Below, piece by piece: positions 58,453-64,000 of a stretch of 64,000 nt of DNA. The stretch comes from the human T2T-CHM13v2.0 reference genome, Homo sapiens. The translations under genes were made by a program, and so were the position numbers. The DNA lies in NCBI RefSeq assembly GCF_009914755.1, contig NC_060944.1, one strand, 5' to 3'. Position 1 is the stretch's first letter. Each line of letters opens with the position of its first letter. A model generated the notes under the pieces. It had not been told where the DNA came from. It searched no databases and saw only the letters and a program-made list of their open reading frames with translations.

Positions 58453-59319
58453 CTGCGGAAGGACATGGGGCAGGATGACTCACCACCGAGGCCAAGGCCA
58501 GGGGAAGCCCTGGCACACCTCTCCAGAACAGCTGGCACCTCCCTGCCCCCAGGTCCAGGGGGGCACCCTGGGACCTCCCTGTTCTCCCGACTCTACAGGG
58601 GTAGCCTCAGACCTCCCTGCCCTCCTGCCCTCTAGGGACAGCCTCCAGCAGCCCTTCCCTCTCACTCTCCGAAGAACTGCAGCTGACACCTCCCTTTCGC
58701 CTGCTTCATCAGCTCCTAGTTCCGCTGCTTAATTCTTGAACCTGATGCGGACTCTGCCTACTTAGGGGGTCCACAGCATTTGGGGTCAGAGCTTCCCCAG
58801 CGCTCCTTGTACCCTCACCTGGTAGCCCATGGCCCCTGCCTGGGAAAAGCTGCCCTCAAACAGGGCATACATCTGATTCATAGCCAGAAGGAAGCGCTTA
58901 GGGCAGGGGGTGCAAAATATGGCACCCAGACCCCATCCTGCACCCATGGCAGACATCACTCATCGATCAAAGCTCTGCCCGAGCCAATCTCAGCCTGGAG
59001 ACAGGCAGCTGCTGCTGCCTATCAATTCCAATTGCTACTCAAAGAGAACCTGCCCTTCATCTAGACTCTAGTCCATGCATTTTCAGCAGGAGAGACACTG
59101 TCCCCAAGGAGGTGAAAACTGGCTCGTGGGAAGGAGAATGAAAACACTTTCCTCTTTTAATGTATAATAAGCACAGATGCACAGATAAACAGACATAGGG
59201 TATACCCGTAGTAGTATAATTTCATGGGGGTGCAGCAGTTAGGAAAAATTGACTAAAAAGGTTTTTTATGAAATTAAATAAAATCTAATGAAATGAAAAA
59301 ACTGAGAAACACTAATCCA

Positions 59320-59670
59320 GTGCCTGGTTCCTAATTAAACCCACATGCCTCAGAAGCCCCTGGAGGGCTTTCAGCATACAGGCCTCTGGACTCCACCTCC
59401 AGAGTTTCTGAGGCCGTAGTTCTGGCTGGGCCGGAGAATATGCCTTTCTATCAAGCCCCCAGGTGCTGCTGGTCCAGGGGCCACGCTCTGAGAACCCCTG
59501 CTCTCAGAAGCAAGCCCAGAAGTTCCCAGCCCTGGCTGCACATCCAGACTACCCAGCACCCAGACCCCACCCCACAAACCGATCAGAATCGCTAGGGCCC
59601 AGGGCCCTGGGATCGTTGCAAAGTTCCCTCAATGATTCCAGAGTGCAAGCAGGGCTGAGACGCACTGGTC
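59320..59670. mobile_element. Tandem MER5A/B-like hAT elements
   Basis: CTCCAGAGTTTCTGA ... GCTGCTGGTCCAGGGGCCACGCTCTGAGAACCCCTG, followed by a second copy ending GGGCTGAGACGCACTG. Confidence 0.65.
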
Positions 59671-59770
59671 TAGACTATGAGCTCCAGGAGGGTAGGAATG
59701 AGGACCATGTTACATGGCCCAAAACGCAGCCTGACATATACTATGTGCTCAAAATTATGGACATGTAAAT

Positions 59771-59900
59771 AGATGGATGGATGGACGGATGGATGATGGT
59801 TGGATGGATGGATGGATGGATGGACAGATGTTTGGATGGATCGATGGATGAATGGATGCATGGATGGATGCATGGATGGATGGATGAGTGGGATGGATGG

Positions 59901-59931
<31 letters not shown>

Positions 59932-60020
59932 CATGGATGCCTGGATGGATGGATGCATGGACACATGGGTGGGTGGATGGATGGATGGATGGATGGATGG
60001 ATGGATGGATGGATGGATAA
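59771..60020 (+). repeat. Imperfect (GGAT)n tetranucleotide repeat, ~250 bp
   Basis: Direct inspection. Confidence 0.95.
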
Positions 60021-60492
60021 ATAAATGGGTGGGCAGGTGGAAGGATGGGTGGAAAATAGACACAGAGAGAAAGACAGAAAGAAAAAGGGAGAAAGGGGAG
60101 AAAGCGTGGAGGAAGGAGAGGTGAGGACACGAGCAAGGGAGGAAGGGAGGATGGAACTTAATTATGGTACTTATTTAAGCCCTTTAAAAATCTTAAGTTT
60201 TCACATCTCTAGGGAATAATTTTATTAAGAATTGGGTACCAGTGTCATTCTCTTTTAAGAGCTGTTGGAAATAGCCGGGTTCATACAAAAAGAAACCCCT
60301 CTTTTTCCATGTGTGCCCCAAAGTTCGGCTCTCACACTCATGTTGGAGGCATGAGGTTTGACAGCACTGAGTACTGAGCCCACCTTGGGCAGCTGGCCCA
60401 GAGGCAGGGGAAGGACAGGGTGACCCCAGAGAGCTGTCCCTTCCACCCCAGGACCCCACCTCTCACAGTGGGGGATGGGAGAAATCACTCAC

Positions 60493-60592
60493 TGGCCACA
60501 TAGTTCTCGTCCAGCTGCTTAAAGGAGAAGGTGACATTGTCCAGCTCTGACAGCGTCACCCAGATGTCCTCCAGCATGGTCCGTTCCTCCTT
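60493..60592 (-). CDS. PREX1: PREX1 coding exon (100 bp): [33 protein letters not shown]
   Basis: cctgcag|AAGGAG acceptor and GCCA|gtgagt donor; phase 0/1 fits both neighbours. Confidence 0.95.
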
Positions 60593-61869
60593 CTGCAGGA
60601 AGAAGACAGCGCGGAGGAGTCTCAGATGCCAACCCTGCCCCAGGGTTTCCTATCAAGATGCTGAATTCAACTCTAGTCGGCACTCCACACTGTGGGCCCC
60701 CTGGGTGCCAGGTCCTGAGCGTGACTCTCCAGAGTGGATGTGAAATCATGGTGTGCTCTGTGGCTTGTCCTGCACTTTCAAGGGTCATAGAACCCATCTC
60801 TGCCTTAATTCACTGAGTGATCCTAGTAAAGTCACTGCCTCTCTTGCCTGGATCACCAATCAGGCTTCTAACTTAACCTTTTTGAGCCTAACACACTCAA
60901 ATAAAAGTCCCCAATTCCTTCCTCAACCTCCCCCAGTCGGTCCCATGTCAGCAAATAGCACCAGCATTCATTCGGTCATCCAAGAGCCAAACCTTTGACT
61001 TCTCAGTTTCTCTCCCGCTCACCCTGGGCCTGGTCCATCACCAAGTCTGATGGGGTGACACTAAAACATCCTCCAGACCCACCCATCTCCCTCCAGCTTC
61101 CTGGCCACCACCCAGGTTCAAGGGTCCACCGTCTCTTGTCAAGATGACACCAGGTTTCCCTTCTGCCACTCTCTGCCCCCAAACAATACATCCTACAAGT
61201 CATGTTTTGAAAACTTAACCCAAATTATATCACTCACCCAGCTCCAAGCCTCTGAACCCTCCACTGCTTCCAGATTAAAGTCTCAGGCCCTACAGAACTG
61301 GTCCCCACATCTCCCTAGCCCCTGCCGCTCCCCTCTGGTCACACCAGCCACTCTTCGGGGCCTTTGTACATGCTGGTCCCTCTACCCCGCACACTCTTCC
61401 TCACACTGTCTGCCTGGCTGGCTGAGGTCTCAGCTCAAGCGTCACCACCTCACACAGGCTGTCTCTGACAGAGAAGCTGCAGTGCCCGCCAAGCTTCCTG
61501 TAGAGATTGCCTTCTCCCCACCTTCCTTCCCTCCTCTGTCCTTTCTTCTTCTCAAGCTGCTTCCCCCAACTAGGAAGTCAGCTTCAGGCCCCCAGCTCCC
61601 AGCTCAGGGCCTGGCACATCGTGGTGTTTGGAGAATGAAGGAACTTGGCCCAGCATCCCCATGTGAGAAGAGGAAGGGGAGGGCTGAGTGTTCCCTGCTT
61701 CCTCCCTGGGCCCCAGGTTGTGCATTCTGAGAATCAAGTGATGGCCAATCTGTGCCAGGCAGGCGTCTTGTGCAGCAGCAGCCAGCAGAGGGTGCTCCAA
61801 GGCCAGGCCTCCCCACCAGCCAGCAGCAGGGGCTCCAGGAGCCAACCTCAGAGGCACTGGTGACTCTCA

Positions 61870-62012
61870 GGTCCTGGCCGGATGTCCAGCAGCATCCCTG
61901 GCTTCCACCACCCCACTCCCACCTCAGGCCCTCAGTTGTCACAACCAAAAACATCTCCAGACATTACCAAGTGTCCCCTAGTGGGGAAACTGCCCTGGGC
62001 TGAGAGCCGCTG
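61870..62012. mobile_element. MER20 fragment
   Basis: CAGCATCCCTGGC ... GTTGTCACAACCAAAAACATCTCCAGACATT. Confidence 0.75.
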
Positions 62013-62279
62013 GTCTGTAGCATGGATTCTGTTATCTGTGTGTGTGTGCCTCCCTCCCTCCCACTGGGACAGAAGATCCCTGGGTACAGGGACTCTGTTT
62101 TGTTCACTGCTGGACCTTCAGTGCCTATAAAACAGCACACAGGTGCTCAACAAATAGCTGCTGCGGGAATGACGAGGCCAGGGGGAGCCTGAGTAAGTGG
62201 GCAAGGGCTCCCTCGACCCGGCCTGGGCGGGCACCAGTGGGTGGGCCAGCGGGGCCGCCCTCCCGCCCCACTCACTCAC

Positions 62280-62500
62280 CACTGTGGCTGGCGAGAGCAG
62301 GGACTGGCAGTGCAGCAGGACGCCCGTGGCCGCCACCTGCTCCAGCCACTTGCGGCTGGCGTCGCGGCTGCTCTCCTCGTACTCGCCATTGTTGTTGTAG
62401 CGGTAGCCCAGGGCCGCCAGCAGCTGCTCGGAGAAGGTGCACACGGCGGCCACCAGGGCCTGGCAGAAGATCGCGTCTCTGCGCAGCTGCAGCTCCGTGT
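62280..62500 (-). CDS. PREX1: PREX1 coding exon (221 bp): [74 protein letters not shown]
   Basis: ccccag|ACACG acceptor and GTG|gtgagt donor; CpG-rich coding-like sequence; lies within ORF 62118..62561(-). Confidence 0.96.
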
Positions 62501-63527
62501 CTGGGGGCAGAGGGCAGGAGGCCTTGCTGGAGGGGCGCTCCCGTGCCACCAGGAGGCCCACCCCCCAAAACCCTGGGTCCAGGACCCCTCATGGAACCCC
62601 CAGCAAAGGGCTAACATCAGGCCAGAAATTACTTTTTGGTGGACATCCCAGCCACCAAAAGCCAATTCCACAAAAATCAATTCTACGAAAAGCAAGCCCA
62701 TTTGCCAAAACTGTTCTCTCAGTGACTCATCTGCCTGCTTTGAAAACCAAACAAACAAACAAACACCTTGTGATTTTCCTAAGGGTTTCCCAAGACCCTC
62801 ACCCTCAGCCATTTCTCCTCTCATTATGGGATTCCTTGGCCTTGGCCAGTAGAATGCCAATGGTGCTAAGCTCTTCTGCCAAGCTGCACATGTTCAGAAA
62901 TGCAGTTTAGCATTTTCTCTATTTTGGAGAACTATGCTTTCTTCCTTCCCCCACCTCTGCCCTTGCCCCTGTCCTTGACCTTGGCATGGTCTGAAGAACT
63001 GGCCAGTTTCAAGCAATTGGTCTCTCAGGGTCCCAATCTTCTGGAAGGAATTATTTCCAATGGCCGGCTTCTGGCCAGTGAGTTTTTTAGTGACCAAATT
63101 TGACCCAGATCCTGCAGTAGCACCCCCTTGGCTAATTTCTAGAAAGAAGGCAGGGATAGAGAAGGTCTCCAAGATTCTCCCGCTACCTCCTCCCCCTTCC
63201 TCTTCCCCACTCTCTGCTGGGTGGAAGCCCCCAGGCTGGGGCTGAAGGCTCTACCGGCACAAGGCCCCCTAACATCGTCCTCTATCCCGGGGCCCCGTCA
63301 ACATCCACCCAGGCCTGGGCAGTGGCACAGGACAGGGCTCCTGGCTCCAGTGCCCTGAGACTTGTCCCTTGGACACAAGAGGAAGAAGCAAGTTTCAAGT
63401 AGCTCTTGGAGGGGCTCCAGGCCAAAGCGTTGCCTCCCCCCGTCCAGGCCCCGAGGGCATGGATGGTCGGCCTTGGGTGGTGGAAGAGGCCGGGTATGTG
63501 CCCCCCACACACCTTTAAAGGCCTCAC

Positions 63528-63569
63528 CTGTGCACTTCAGCAAGGCCAGGAGCAGCTGGTTCTTCCCAT
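63528..63569 (-). CDS. PREX1: PREX1 coding exon, 10th from last (42 bp, phase 1/1): (D)GKNQLLLALLKCT
   Basis: Acceptor ccttccag|ATGGG and donor ACAG|gtgagg on the minus strand. Joins the next exon in frame (G+AC=Asp). Peptide matches the P-Rex1 C-terminal region as I recall it. Confidence 0.93.
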
Positions 63570-63879
63570 CTGGAAGGAGAAGGGAGACAGAAAGGGGGAC
63601 GGGCTGGGAGGGGGCAGCAAGAGGTGAGGGCAGAACCGGGCCCCTCCCCATGGCACCTCCCAAGGTGCTCTGACCCTTCACAGCAAAGCCCTGGCACCCA
63701 AGGCTGTGCTCAAGGAGGTTTTATTGATTGTCAGGTAAACTCCAGGAACCCCTGACCTCAGGCAGTGGAACCCCAACTGTGAGCCCCATCTGTACGTGCA
63801 AGCCTGGGACACAGATGGAACCAGCCCCTTTAATCCCTGGGCCACAGCCCCTGCCCCACACCTTGTTCACATAAGTATG

Positions 63880-64000
63880 GTCACACACACGTACAACCTA
63901 GATACACACGTATCCATACACACACACACTCACACATCAACAGACACCCAAGTGCATGCCACACACAGAGACACACACATATACTCATACGTAGACTCAC
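63880..64000 (+). repeat. Degenerate (CA)-rich tract, running off the window
   Basis: Direct inspection. Confidence 0.8.

Noticed and set aside
59670-60136. HPSI/MDGW repeat ORFs
   Set aside because: Translations of the (GGAT)n repeat.
62241-62852. Long antisense or alternative-frame ORFs over PREX1 exons (also 58217-58732, 57592-58308, 53357-54043)
   Set aside because: Shadow ORFs of GC-rich coding exons; the spliced minus-strand frame explains the signal.

Overview
Primate (almost certainly human or great-ape) genomic DNA. Positions ~50065-63569 hold the 3' end of PREX1 on the minus strand: ten GT-AG coding exons splice in phase to 358 aa of the C-terminal inositol-polyphosphate-4-phosphatase-like (IP4P) domain ending ...LYRLCQPPVDGDL*, followed by a ~1.6 kb 3' UTR and an ATTAAA poly(A) signal. 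The first ~50 kb is intergenic DNA downstream of PREX1, rich in Alu, L1, MIR/L2, ERV-L/MaLR LTRs, hAT DNA transposons and microsatellites, with a strong CTCF motif at ~46465. I found no new protein-coding gene or new biological system, and nearly all listed ORFs are chance ORFs or repeat-derived. The most interesting signals are structural. (1) An L1PA4-like element has its true target-site duplication ~600 bp beyond its own poly(A) tail, indicating a 3' transduction; it also has a large internal deletion and a nested, very young AluYe5-like insertion. (2) Two clear local templated insertions: 117 bp of one Alu pasted into a neighbouring Alu, and a 72 bp patch copied from 4 kb away next to a fold-back inversion. 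(3) A 40-unit GAA/TTC tract and several candidate enhancers. Repeat subfamily names come from my recall of consensus sequences, not from a RepeatMasker run.
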